A stretch of DNA of 64,000 bases, from positions 5,644,001 through 5,708,000 of the forward strand of contig CM075996.1 of the NCBI GenBank assembly GCA_038087875.1, written 5' to 3'. A program made the translations under genes and the position numbers. A model generated the notes under the pieces. It was not told where the DNA came from and did no database searches. It saw only the letters and a program-made list of their open reading frames with translations. Shown piece by piece: positions 38,415 to 52,256 of the stretch. The stretch's first letter is position 1, and the number at the start of each line of letters is the position of its first letter. The stretch is from Malacoraja senta (taxonomy: Eukaryota).

Positions 38415-38745
38415 GTCAGAATTCAGGGTCAGAATTCAGAATCCAGAATCAGAATTCAGGGTCAGAATTCAGAACCAGAATTCAGGGTCAGAATTCATAA
38501 TCAGATTTCAGATTCAGAATTCAGATTCAGAATTCAGATTCAGAATTCAGGGTCAGGATCCAGAATCAGAATTCAGGGTCAGAATTCATAATCAGATTTC
38601 AGAATTCAGAATTCAGAATCCAGAATCTGAATTTGGGGTCAGAAGTCAGAGTAGATCAGAAATTCTTACAAAGTCGACATTGCTACGGCATTCAAAAGAC
38701 CTCAGAATTATTCAGAATCAGAATTCACAAGCAGAATTCAGAAAA
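38415..38745. repeat. CAGAATT-based tandem repeat
   Basis: Directly visible. Confidence 0.9.
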
Positions 38746-39227
38746 GATAAGAAATTGTCACAAAGTATTTCTTACTGCTACGGCATTCAATGGACTTGAG
38801 AATTAGGCGACACTGTACTTGGTGGTCGAGGTTTTTATTGCATTAAGGGTCCACTGCTCACTGTATTGAGCAGTGGACCCTTAACCACTCCCTCTCCTTC
38901 ATATCAGATGGGAGTTGACCACAGGGGCCATCAGAGGCAGGTACATCACTAATTTAGTCAGCAGACATAAAGTATTTACCACAGGATTTACTGGGCATCC
39001 CATGCATCAGTGCCACGGAAGTGACGATTACAGTCAAGGGAAGGAATTATTTTCACAGGTCATGGACTGCATTTCAAGTCACCTTATTCCATGGGATTCC
39101 ACACAAAGTTAATAAATTATTAGCCGCAAGTACTAGTACTTCTTTAAACACTCACATGGGAATTTTGAGGGGCAGTATCTCATCATAATTACTAAACCTC
39201 TGATAATCCTCACAACTCTGCAGTGCA

Positions 39228-39626
39228 GCCCCACCCACTTGTGTGGCCCCACCCACAGTATGGCCCCACCCACAGTATGGCCCCTCCCACAGTCTGGCCC
39301 CTCCCACCGTGGCCCCTCCCACATAATGGCCCCCCTCCCACAATGTGACCTCCCATTTCATGGCCCATCCCAACAGGCGACTCCTCCCACTTCATGGCCC
39401 CCCCCACCGTGTGACTACACCCACTTCATGGCCCCCCCACCGTGTGACCACCCACTTCATGGCCCCTCCCACCGTGTGACTCCACCCACTTCATGGCCCC
39501 TCCCACCGTGTGACTCCACCCACTTCATGGCCCCTCCCACCGCATGGCCCCTCCCATCGCGTGACTCCTCCCACTTCATGGCCCCTTCCACACTGTGAGT
39601 CCTCCCACGCCATGGCCCCTCCCACA
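39228..39626. repeat. C-rich minisatellite (CATGGCCCCTCCCAC...)
   Basis: Directly visible. Confidence 0.9.
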
Positions 39627-40326
39627 GGAATGGGTGACGTTTCGGGTCGAGACCCTTCCCCCACAGAGAATGGAGGGTTGTGGATTATGAGCAGGAAGAT
39701 AAGAGTCTGAAGAAGGGTCTTGACCCAAAACGTCACCCATCCCTTCTCTCCAGAGAAGCTGCCTGTCCCCGCTGAGTTACTCCGGCGTTTTGTGTCTATC
39801 TTGGGTTTGAACCAGCATCTGCAGTTCCTTGTTACACAGATAATGTTCGGCACGGATGTTGTGGGCCGAAGGGCCTTCTCCTGTTCCATGTTCTAAGTGC
39901 CAAGCGAAACCAAACCACATCCAAGACGCCGTCCGATGTCCTGCATGGGACGGGCTTCTATGAACGGGAGTTCTTCACCTTTCACAACTTCTTCTGGTTT
40001 CCAATATGGAATATTCCACCACTGCCCAGTACACATACATCGGGCCGAGTCCACTCCCGGCTAAAATCCAGGGAATGCCAGGGCCCCGTGGATTGAATCG
40101 ACTGTTGAATTACTCTGTGAAATAGGTTGGATTAAGGTTGGCAGTGGGTGCGTGTGTCCTGTTCATCAGATGGTACAGCATCTGAACCGTAGATCGCGGT
40201 CAAATCCATGGAGAGGGATTTAAAACGTGGACTTAGAAGTAAAATTATGGCAGGAAGACATAAAAAAAGAAAAAGAAACTCGCTGGTTTTTCAACCCCAT
40301 CCACACCAGCCCTCGGGCTCTCCAGT

Positions 40327-40404
40327 TTACTGAAAGCGGATGAGTTTGTCGTAGTCTGGGTCGATATTCCTACACAATAACATCGATAGGGACATCCCAA
40401 GGAG
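40327..40404 (-). CDS. CD37: Tetraspanin CD37 last coding exon (LLGMSLSMLLCRNIDPDYDKLIRFQ*)
   Basis: Polypyrimidine-CAG acceptor. The 25 aa align with the human CD37 C-terminus [25 protein letters not shown]. Convergent with TEAD2 as in human. AATAAA candidates at 38834-38839 and 38258-38263. Confidence 0.85.
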   Translation of the reverse strand, partial: LLGMSLSMLLCRNIDPDYDKLIRFQ

Positions 40405-40642
40405 CTGCCGGAAAAGGGAGAGAGAATGTGAACATAACGTTACATGTAAAGACTCTCAACAGCATTGGTGTACAGAGGGATCCTGGGGTCCCTGAAGTTG
40501 GCAGCACAGGTAAAGCAGGCGCCAGGTACATTTGGCGTCATTGTTTGGACTATTAAGTAGAAGAGTCAGCAACAATATCTAAACACTGCCCAGTCCATCA
40601 TCGGCTCTGACCTCCCTACCATCGAGGGGATCTATCGCAGTC

Positions 40643-40842
40643 NNNNNNNNNNNNNNNNNNNNNNNNNNNNNNNNNNNNNNNNNNNNNNNNNNNNNNNNNN
40701 NNNNNNNNNNNNNNNNNNNNNNNNNNNNNNNNNNNNNNNNNNNNNNNNNNNNNNNNNNNNNNNNNNNNNNNNNNNNNNNNNNNNNNNNNNNNNNNNNNNN
40801 NNNNNNNNNNNNNNNNNNNNNNNNNNNNNNNNNNNNNNNNNN
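40643..40842. other. Assembly gap (200 N)
   Basis: Run of N. Confidence 1.
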
Positions 40843-43800
40843 CCCTTTGTCCTGTGCACCCCATACAGTCCACCAAACCTAAGACCCCATAGCGAGCAAG
40901 ATCGATCACGCGACGAAAAGACGTAGTACGGTCAAGGGCAGATTCATGGGTAATTTTCGGCCCCATTTCCGTAACCGGCTTCCGTCTCCGCACCAAACAT
41001 CCCATAGCGGAGCAAAGATACTAGTGCGGAGACGGAAGCCGGTTACGGAAACATCCTCGTAAAAATAAAAGTTATTTGGAAAAATCTTCTCATTTTTTTC
41101 TTCTGCCGTGAAACTGGGCCGCTGGTTCAATGGATCTTTACTATCACATGTACAGGCGTAGAGTGAAATTGTTGCATATATTTTTCCCGTAGAGTTCAGT
41201 GAAGTATTGCCATGCCCAAGCACAATCCTTTAGAGAAGGATGTGTAAGAAGGAACTGCAGGTGCTGGTTTAAAATCAAAGATAGACACAAAATGCTGGAG
41301 TAACTCAGCGGGACAGGCAGCATCCCTGAGAGAAGAAATGGGTGACGTTTCAGGTCGAGACCCTTCTTCAGACTTCTTCATCAGTCTGAAGGGTCTCGAC
41401 CCGAAACGTCACCCATTCCTTCTCTCCAGAGATGCTGCCTGTCCGCTGAGTTACTCCAGCATTTTGTCTATCTTCCCTTCAGTCAGAGATCTGGTTTTCG
41501 CCCACACAATCCTTAATTTCCCCTGCCTGTAACGGTGTAGCAAGTTACATGCCGTAATGTCTCAACCATCCTTCTGCCCCCGCAGATGCTGCTTGACCAA
41601 CTGAGTTTAGCTTAGTGATACAGCGTGGAAACAGGCCCTTCAGTCCACTGAGTCCACGCCAACCATCGATCACCTGTTCACACTAGTCCTCTGTTATCTC
41701 ACCTTTTCTACCCGGAGTAATTTACAGAGGGCCAATAAACCTACAAACCTGCATTTCTTTGGGATGTGGAAGGAAACGGTACACCCAGAGAAAGCCCACG
41801 CGGTCACACAGGGAAAACGTGCAAATTCCACACAGGCTGCACCCGAGGTCAGGATCGAACCCGGGTCTCTGCTGCTTTGAGCAAGTTTTACCATGTTCTT
41901 TCCAGGAGTTTAGTGTTTTCCTGTAGATTCCAGCATCTGCAGTCTCTTGTATCTCAACACAACGGTTTACATCCACCTGCTCAAGAGGCAATGGTCACAA
42001 GGGGTTTTCAGATAACTTGTCACTAGGTAGCATTAACATTACAAATGGGAGGGTTTAAGGACTTAAGGGGACCGTATATGCCAGCAGTATGTGCTTGCCT
42101 CTACTCAGATTACATCTCGACACAGTTGTACAGGCAGGCAGTTACAATCCCTCACCTCCCCTCTCCCCACCAGTGTGAAAACACAAAACACCTTTTAATT
42201 ATTTATTGCAGAATGAAGGAATATAGAGCTATTAATGGTGCAAGCGAGTTTGACAACCTTTGTAAAGAAAAAAAGACATTTATAAATAGCACTTGGGAAT
42301 GAAAGACATAATTCATAGGTGTATAAATATACTGTTGGATGAACAAAAATACAGCTTGCAGGTAAAGATCAAAGCCAAATGAACGCTGCCAGACACATTA
42401 AATAGGTTGTTTCAATGTTGGCCACGCAGCAAACCAGAATAAGGCGAAGTGCAGCCTCCATAGAGTTTACTGGAAGCATTTATAATTAACCTCCCAAAGG
42501 AATGTTTTGGAGATGGGATTCTTTGCAAGTTCACTGATATTTTGTTGACAGTCAGGATTCAGCCCAAACAGCTCCAATCTGTTAACCTCCCTCAGAACCA
42601 TGACATGACATTTCATGAGTTAGAGATAGTGGGACAAGGCCACTGTAAAAGCCCTTGTAAGGCCACATGTGGTGTAGGTTCCTGATTTTGCCAAGATCCT
42701 TCAGACAGCACGGATGCTGGTGGTCTGGTAAAGACTTTGACTGTTAGTCAAGATGACCCCCAATAAAGAACGACACAAAGTGCTGAAGTCAGGTTGGTAG
42801 CATCTCTGGAGAAAAAGGGTGGATGACATTTTGGGTCGGGACCCTTCTTCAGTTTGATACTGACTACGGAATGTCTGTCCGTACCAAGGGCTTTTACAGT
42901 GTGACATGGACCAAACAGGCAAAATGGCTCGTTCAGGAAGCCACCTTGCTCGGTATTGTCTCCATACCTTTGTCATTCCCGTTTCCATGCAGTGACTCCT
43001 CTGACAGGCACTCCCTGCAGCTCCATGCCTGCCTCCCCTAACTCCAAACCGAGCATGTCGCCGTGTGAATCACCATTCTTCGTCTAGTCATCGAATCGTA
43101 CAGCACAGAAACAGGCCATTCGGCCCACCAAGTCTGTGCACTGCTTTATAGCTTTATAGCTGCTGTGCACTGCTTTACACCCAATCCCATTTTATTCCCC
43201 CCCCCCCCCACATTCCTGTCAACTCCCACAGATTCTACCACTCCCTGTGCACTTCAGGCAATTTAACAGTGGCCAACCTTTGCACGCCAACAGTGGCACG
43301 CCTTTGTTGTGTGGGAGGAAAATGGAGCACCCGGGGTGACGCACTCTGTCACAGGTGGGTAATGGGCAAACTCCACACAGACAGCACCCAAGGTCAGGAT
43401 TGAACCCGCGAGGCAGCTGCTCTACCAGCTGCGCCACTGCGCCCACCCTAACGAGCACATTACCTAACCTGAAGACAGACACAAAAAGTAACTCAGCGGG
43501 ACAGGCAGTGTCTCTGGGAGAAGGAAGGAATGGGTGATGTTTCGGGTTGAGACCCTTCTTCAGACTAACCCAGCAGGTAATGAGAACTGGAATTTGGTGA
43601 TTTGTCTCTTTGCTGGGTAAAACAGTGCCGAAGATGAATTAAAGGATGGGTTTACTATGCAGCTTATCGAGGACATAACTGGCACAGTTATTTCTGAGTT
43701 GACCCAGTTTGACTCCTTCAGTTACTGACACGGCTAAATCCAGAATACCTAGTTGTCCCAAGCTGCAGTTTGTCAAACCACACTGCCTCATCCAAGGATT

Positions 43801-46788
43801 AAGTGAAAATTGGCATCCTGCTACAGGGTCTCGGAGATCAGCTTGTTACACTACGGCTGTTAATCTGTACCCAGGTGGTCAGAGAAACCAATAACCATTT
43901 GAGTGGAGAAGCACATTGATGCAGCCTGTTTTAGATGCAATGGTTCAGAGGTTTCTCAATGGACACATAGAAACGCATACACACACACACACACTCCCAC
44001 ATTTGCACCCTCACATATACACACACACACACATCCACTTACACACAGACCCACATACACACACACATATACACAGATACACCACATACACACACAAACC
44101 CATAGAGGTCATGCAATGAAATGCAGATAAGTTTTAGTTTTAGAGATACAGAAATAAGGCTCCTCGGTCTACCGATTCCACACCGACCATCAATCACCCA
44201 TTCACAGCAGTTCTTTATTCTCCCACCTGCACACTAGGGGCAATTTACAGAGGCCAATTAACCTACAAACCTTTGGAATGTGGGAGGAAACAGGAGCACC
44301 TGGAGAAAACCCATGTGGTCAAAGGGAGAACATACAAACTCCACACAGACAGCTCCCGAGGTCAGGATGGAACCTGGGTCTGGCGCTGTGAAGCAGTGGC
44401 TCCTCCAGCTGTTCCATTGTGCTGCCTAACTAACATCGACTTACTGCAACACTGGTGTTCACCTACGCTCAGAGACAGACTGACATAAATGGACGTGCAG
44501 CGGTGAAGTTGACTATGAATGCGGACTCCCTCAATCAACTAAATGCCTCCTCAGAAAGCAGCCCATGAACCACAAAGGGAAGGCGGCCACAAGACTGCCT
44601 CTCGCAGATTGAGGTTGCGGAAGGGCAATCTCAGAGTTTCCTCAACACAGGGCTGCTGGATGGGGCTAACTGCATGGAGGGCTAGAGATGCTGTCTTAGT
44701 AACGTCTGCTGCTCATCAGTGGGGTTATGTGGCTGCAGTCTCATTCTTCTCAGTCTATCGGCCAAGTCAACTGTTAAACAAACAGGGAAAGCACTGAAAA
44801 TGCTCTTGTGGCAGTGGAACAAGAAAGGCCAGATTCTTGACTGGGGGAAGACTCCACACTGACCATGAAACAGATGAAACATTTCTGCCATCATTAACCT
44901 ATTGGCCTCCTTCAGCACTACAGAAGTGCAGCCGTTGTGTGTTTGTCTGTTCCCTAACCCGTGTCCTTGGGGCAATCACTGCACCGGTGCCGAGGACAGG
45001 GATACTGACGTTATTACAGGTTGCTATGGATTAGCGAGCAAGAGGAGGGCAGGTTCTACAATGCACTTGAAGCAGCTTGGACATAAAACAAACTCACAAT
45101 GGGAGATGCAGTGTAGTGTAGATGTAGCCCCATCAACAAGCTATTAGCACCACCACTAGTCACAGTAACACGTGCAAATGTGCAGCATTAAAAGAAGTGC
45201 GATAAGTTTTTTAAAAACTATCATAGAATGCAGCACTGTACATATAAAGACTGATTTGCTCCAATTTTGCGCCACTCAGAAAAAAATACAACTTGTTTTG
45301 TGCGTTCTGACCATTCTGTACAAAAAGATATGCTTGTAACAGTGGTTGAATTAACTAGTGCGCTGGAGGCCTGGGCTAAACCCAGAGAGACCCGAGTTCA
45401 AATCCTACTTGGGTGGGATTTAAATTCTTTGCAATGATGACCACGAAGCTACTGGATTGTGGAAGAGACCCACCTGGTTCACTAGTGATCTTTGGGAAAG
45501 GAATCCGTCATGATTACACAGTCTGGTCTGTGTGTGAGTCCAGCCTATTGCAAAGTGACTGACTCGACAGTGACCTAAGGAGCCTCTTAGTTCAGGGAAA
45601 TTAATGCTGCAATCAATCTTGTCAGCAATGTCCAGATCCCAAATAAAATTACATTCAAAAGATAATTTGCCATAGTGACATTCGGATGTTCTTAGAGGCA
45701 AGGGGATTTTTAGTGACATACAGTCAGGCTGTTTAACTCAGGGGAATGGATCCTCAATGTGCCTGACCTCTACTCCCATCCCCAACCGGTCCACGACTCT
45801 GACCTAGCAGAGCCAAGAGATTCAGGGACATATCTTCGTACTGCATGGAAACAGGCCCTTCAGCCCACCGAGTCCATGTTGACCCTCAGACACTGTAACA
45901 TTACACCCACATCAATCCCATTTTTTATTCTCCCTACATTCTCATCAACTCCCTGCCCGAGATTCTACTACTCCACTACACACTAGGGGCAATTCACTGT
46001 GTTAATTCACCCACCAACACGCTCGTACTAGGGACATGGGAAGAAGCCGGAGCTCCAATCGGTAAGAGAGGGAGAACGTGCAATTCCACGCAAACAGCGT
46101 CTGTGCTCAGGATTGAACCCGGGTCTCTGGTGCCGTGAGGCAGCGTCTCTACCAGCTGCTCCACTCCTTTTGATTCAGACGGCTCTAGTTGATGTCCTCT
46201 GCGAGAACTGAAATGAAAAGCTGAAGAGCTTCAACAAGGCGGCTGTTCAAATGTCGGCAGTTGACAGGTGGCTGAAGGAACGGCAACGTTAAACCAATCG
46301 GTTCAACAGCACAGATCAAAGCAATTAATTGGTCTTTCCCGTTTTTGAGTCTCCTTCCGATTCCCAGCATTTCCTGATCGTCAGAAGCAGCAAACAGGAG
46401 CTGAGGACTTCTTCCAGCACGACCGATTTCCTCCATATCGTCAGCTTTTCACTTCAAAGCCACAACCAACTCCGAGTCCTAGGGGTCTCAAGAGCATTTG
46501 GAGAGTCACTGATACCGATTATAGTTTAAGTTGCAACAAGTTCCATCCCTATAAAGCGCAGCAATTCACTTGATAAGCAATTAAAGGCTACTACGGCAGA
46601 CCAAAGAATCTAGAACAAGATAGCACGGCTGAATCCACTTTCCGGACTAATTCTACAACCAGACAAGATTAATAAAGTCTCCAAGAGATTCCCTTGAGAA
46701 TCCACACAAAGCATTGAAAGCATTCCCAGTACAGACCGAGCTGCCTCTGGCTTAGGGTTGTGTGGAATGGAAACCAGATATCCATTAT

Positions 46789-46830
46789 TCAGATGACCAG
46801 CTTTGTCCACTCGCTGGAGGTCCGACCGTA
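46789..46830 (-). CDS. BCAT2: BCAT2 last exon (YGRTSSEWTKLVI*)
   Basis: ttccag acceptor; YG....EW terminal motif of BCAT. Confidence 0.9.
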   Translation of the reverse strand, partial: YGRTSSEWTKLVI

Positions 46831-47651
46831 CTGGAATTAAAATAGAAACAATATCTTTACCATGCACATTTGTGTTAAGAACAAACCCCAACATTACATA
46901 GCTCTTCCCAGTTATACTGTGGACACAGACAAATAAACAGTAAAGGACTCCACTATTGAATGTAGTATTAATGTAGTCTTGAAATGCTACTTTCCAACAG
47001 TAGTGTAAACTGATCCGCTCAAACAGTGCGGAAGGCTGTCAAACTGTACAACGGGATATAGGTCAGGTACATGAATGGCAGATGGGAGTTTAATCTCGGC
47101 AAGTGGGAGGTCAAATGCGAGGGAAAAGTGTGGCATTAATGGCATTTTGTTAATGGCAAGATTGACGTACGGAGGGGTCGTATGGTCCAAGCCCATAGCT
47201 CTCTGAAGGAGGTGACACAAGTAGATAGAGTGGTAAAGATGGCGTATGGTATGCCTGCCTTAATCGGTCGGGGCATTGAGTATAAGAGTCATGAAGATAT
47301 GTTGCTTTGGTTAGACTGCATTAGACTTGTTTCCTGCATTTCTGGTCGCCCCATTTCATGAAGAATGTGGACTCTTTCGAGAGGGTGCAGAAGAGGTTTA
47401 CCAGAATGCTGCCTGGATTTGAAGGTATTAGCTATAGGAGAGGCTGGACAAACTTGGACACTAGTTCTATCCTACACATTAGGGACAATTTACAGAAGCC
47501 AATTAGCCTACAAACTTGCACGTCTTTGGGATGTGGGAGGAAACTGGAGCACACAAAGAAAAACCCAGCACCAGTAGTCAGGATTGAACCCGGGTCTGCG
47601 GCGCTGTAAGGTAGCAACTCTACCGCTGCGCCATGGTGCCGCGCTTAAATA

Positions 47652-48029
47652 TCATATTATTATTAAAAGTCTGATCTTGTACGTGTGTATATGTGTGTGT
47701 ATATGTGATTGTCTTTACATCTTCGCAAAAACACTACCCGGTAACGATTACATTTTTACATATTCTGATTCACATTTTTCCCCTCTAGGCAGAGAGCACC
47801 TTCACTGAACATTTTATGCTTTATTTCTCAACTTATTACTGATTAAAAGTTTTTAAAAATCAAGACTTTAAATTTAAAATGACCAGCTTCAACTGATGAC
47901 GTCACAATGGCTCGGCAAGCAGTGATCAGCTTACGTTCAGGAGTTGGAGGACCACGCCTCCCATGGGAGCTACGGGTAGGGAGCGGGTGCTTTGAGGGAG
48001 CAGACCCAACGGGTCTGCACTTGGTCTAG
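47652..48029 (+). mobile_element. Non-autonomous Helitron
   Basis: A|TC start, GCAGACCC-aac-GGGTCTGC hairpin, CTAG|T end, no target duplication. Confidence 0.75.
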
Positions 48030-48251
48030 TATATTTTAAAAGTTTACTTCAAATCAAAACATTGCCTGATCTTCACCTCCTCTTTCAGGGAATATTTTAT
48101 AACACGCTGTGGTGCATAATATCACAAGATTCTCTTCACTGAAATTCTACCCACGAATTGGTATGAAGATATGAGCCATCATTAGCTTCAGCTGACACGT
48201 GCCAATAGGATTCATGCAAGCTGCTGTACATATAATAGTCCAAAGTTTTAC

Positions 48252-48326
48252 CTGAATGTCTGTCAATTCTTTCAAGAACCTTTTAGCTAGCTCGGGGCCA
48301 TTCTCCATGGTGGGAATGTGATAGTT
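48252..48326 (-). CDS. BCAT2: BCAT2 exon 10 (NYHIPTMENGPELAKRFLKELTDIQ)
   Basis: 75 nt, AG/GT-bounded, conserved HIPTMENGP. Confidence 0.95.
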
Positions 48327-49748
48327 CTAAATAAAGAAAAAAGACCAACACAAGAACTGTGTTATTTTACAATATTCCACCGTCATTAAAAACAAGTTTT
48401 GTAGCATAAGAACTATTTTAATCACATTCAGTATTGCAACTCTCAAATTTCTAATGGTTTTTTTTCTCCTTCTATGTATTTGGGCTTGATTGATTAGTAT
48501 TGATTATTGACTATGTATTGATTAGTACAGGTGTCAGAGATTATGTGGAGTGAGCAGGAGATTGGGATTAGGAGAGATAGATCAGCCATGATTGAATGGC
48601 AGAGTAGACTTAATGGGCCGAATGGCCTAATTCTACTCCTATTCCTCATGAGCCCTGGTCATTGGCATTTGGTTCTTTGACTTTCTTTATCGTTGGTGCT
48701 TAATTCCTGAGCATTTAAAAAAAAACGTAATATACTTATGTTGACAAACTAACTGCATGGATAAGCCAAGCAAAGTCAGTGCATGCTTCTGCCCAGCAGC
48801 TCTAATTATATTCAATCAGTTGCGATGGGCAAGTCGTATCGTTCACTTGAATGACTGCAGACTCCTGAAATAGACACTCCATTCCAAGCGCTGTTACAGG
48901 GAGAGTTACCAAGTAGACAGAGGAATGGGGCTAAAACCTCCACGAAGAAATGCAAGTCCCCACTTACGGCTGGGGAACACAGACCCTGTGAGCACACAAG
49001 GGATGGAAAAGGATAGCTTTGTGAAGACTTTGGGAGTGCACAGAAGCCGAGTGTTAACTGCTCACAACTGACAACTGCTCAGCTGACCTGGCAGCTCGTT
49101 CCATACACCCACCACCCTGTGTATAAAAAAAAACTTACCCCTAAGGTTCCTATTAAATCTTGACCCCCTCACCTTAAACACATGTCCTCTATGTGTAAAC
49201 AGTGCGAGTGGGGGAATAATAGGAGATATCATAACAATCAGCACCTTGCATGGGACAATATGTTTGCATCGGACACTCCCCAGTCCAGGAAAGAAGATGA
49301 TTAACGCAAAGTAGACCTTCTTTTGGGATCAAAGGTTAACCAACCTGGCCTGAATCAGTTATAAAGAGTTAAAGAAGGAACTGCAAAAGGGTTTCGGCCC
49401 GAAACGTTGCCTATTTCCTTCGCTCCATAGATGCTGCTGCACCCGTTGAGTTTCTCCAGCATTTTTGTGTATCCTGGATCAGTTATAATCTGGTTTAAAA
49501 TGTCAGATATTTGTCATTGGAATCAGCTGAACCATGCGCTTCTGTCTGAAGGAGGGTCCCGACCCAAAAAGTTACCCATCCTTTATCTCCAGAGATGCAG
49601 AGTTATTCCAGCTCTTTTTGTCTATCATGGGCTTTCGTCCGTCTGCTTGCTGGGTGGAGTTTCAGTTTCTTACTCCGCTTTTCAACCCGTTAGCTTTAAT
49701 GATGCCACACAGCATTTCAGAGAGTGGGGTTCCATCAAATGGACTCAC

Positions 49749-49889
49749 CTGGTTCATGTAAAGGACTCGATCGACTGGACACACAACACACGCTGTGCCT
49801 GCACCAAAGATTTCCTTCACTCGATTCTCTTGCAGTGCTTTGACTAGTTCAGGCATTGTCACCCCTCGCTCCGAAATTTTAAACTCTCC
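49749..49889 (-). CDS. BCAT2: BCAT2 exon 9 (GEFKISER...[12 protein letters not shown])
   Basis: 141 nt, carries the CXXC redox motif. Confidence 0.96.
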
Positions 49890-51241
49890 CTGGAAATAAA
49901 CAGTGTGTAATTATATACTATCAGTGGATATTTTTAAAGCAGAGATAGGTAGATTCTTGAATAGTACGGGTGTCAGATGTTATAGGGAGAAGGCAGGAGA
50001 ATGGGGATAGGAGGGAGAGATAAATCAGCCATGATTGAATGGCATAGACCTGATGGGTCGAATGGCCTAATTCTACTCATATTCGTTATGACCTTATCCA
50101 TTCTGGCTCATGACTGCTTGTTAATCTGCATTCATCCTCCTCCAGCCACACAATGACAATCCCCAAAATGCTCCTACTTATGTCATTGAATTTAGTTTAG
50201 TTTAGTTTAGAGATACAGCATGGAAACAGGCCCTTCGGCCCACTGAATCCATGCCGACCATTGTTCACCTGTTCACACTAGTTCTACGTTATCCCACTTT
50301 CGTTCACATCAGGGGTAATTTACAGAGGCCAATTAACCGACAAACGCACACGTCTTCTGGGATGTGGGAGAAATCCGGAGCACACAGTGGAGTGAACGTT
50401 GAAGCTCCACACCGACAGCTCCCAAGTTCACGATCAAATCCAGGTCTCTGGCGCCGTGAGGCTGCACCACCGTGTGGTATTCACTCATAAAAACCAACAC
50501 CAGGGCATGTAGGGTTGGCAGGAACCATGAACGTTGCCTGACATCTACAATTATAACTGAGACCGCTAAAAACATCTTCACAAGTCATAAAAGGCACGTT
50601 ATCAAAGCAGGCAAGAGAATTTGTGATTCCCCCTTTCCCTGGCCAAGAAATAAAGTCTTCAGTGGGTCTTATTTTGTAACAGTAAGGACACAGGTCGGTT
50701 CCAGTCTGTGCCACAACACATGTTAAGTCTACAATTTTGAAAGCACCCATTGTCGTGAAGTTATTGGTGTTCACTGATATTTCTGATGAAATAACCCAAT
50801 TTGTTGAGTTACAGCTGCGTGCAATGCCTCACTAAAGCTTTCTTCAGGAGATGGGAAGTGTACATGAGAGGGCCACATGCAGTTTACAACATGATGGCCA
50901 GACTGCAACACTGCACCAGTGTGCACCATGCATCCGGTGCACAACTCCACACCGGTGTGCAACTAGGCATTCATTCCACGCAAAAGATCCCATTGTTCAC
51001 ACTCCTGAATCACACAATTGCTTATTCAGGTATTGGGCAGCGAATTACACTGGATACAAAGCCTGCTTTCTGGACTGACTGGAATAAACATTTGACACAC
51101 GCTGCCTCGTACTTTGACTCGACCTATTATCTTATTATGACACAGATATTCCTCAGCGGGGCAGCGGTGGAGTTGCTGCCTTACAGCACCAGACATCCAG
51201 GTTCGATCCTGATTACGGGTGCAGGTTTGTAGGTTAATTGG

Positions 51242-51571
51242 TGTAAAGAGTCTATAAGGCATTGTTACTTTACTATCTTTATTCATACTGGAGCATTACA
51301 TATTGCACTAGCTGTACGTGGTGTGTCACAGGAACTAGAGAGCGATCTGTTCGAATCCCACTTCTGACACCATGTAAAGAGTCTATAAGGCATCGTTACT
51401 ACTATCTTTATTCATACTGGAGCATTACATATTGCACTAGCTGTACGTGGTCTGTCGCAGGAACTAGAGAGCGATCTGTGGGTGGGGAGGTTGTAGTTAT
51501 ACTTGTGATATGGGGAGTGGTTAGTAGGTATGAGGTCGCTAAGTTAAAGGCACATGCATGTATCATCTACA
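51242..51571 (-). mobile_element. Internally deleted Gypsy-type LTR element (LTR-PBS-partial LTR)
   Basis: TGT...ACA ends, ATTGG 5-bp target duplication, tRNA-Leu primer binding site at 51349-51372. Confidence 0.85.
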
Positions 51572-52256
51572 ATTGGCCTCTGTAAAATTTGCCTCCAGTG
51601 TGTGGTGTGTGCGGATGATCGTTGGTCGGCGCGGACTCAGTGGGCTGTGGGACCTACTTCCATTCTGTACCTCTATACTAAACTAACTGCTTGAATTCAA
51701 TGGCAACAACTCCGTTATCCAATCTATCAGGCAGTGTGTGACAGAGGCAGAACTTAAAGCAACACAGAACTAGCTAGCTTGGGAGGGTGATGGGATTTTA
51801 TTAGAGAAATCCCACCCAAGGTGGAGACAGGGCTGCACCCTGGGGGAGTTACGGGACCGCTGGGCTCCGCAGGGTGTTGAATGCATCCTTGACAAGGAGT
51901 GTAAGATAATTGTACAGTCGTTTATTAAGGATATATGTTTGTATTGTATTATGGTGGTGGGATCTGGTTTGTTTTATTGTAGTGTAATTTTATTTTTTAA
52001 TAATTTAATACATTTTTTGAATTTAAAAAAAAAGAAGAAAAAAAAAGGAGGCAGTGAGAGTGCATGATATCACAGTGAAGACTTCATATGAAGGAAAGCT
52101 TCACCCTTCCTTGGTCTTCTGTTGCCAGCTCTGATTTGTTCTGGCCTTTTCCTACCTCCAGTCACCCCTCCTCTGCTTTCAATCTCAAGAAGGGTTCCGA
52201 CCCGAAACATCACCTCCCCAGACGCATGAAGATTTATTGCTGAAATGCCAACATAC

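Noticed and set aside
45340..45640. tRNA-like sequence (gagttcaaatcc)
   Set aside because: No cloverleaf; looks like the decayed head of an old SINE.
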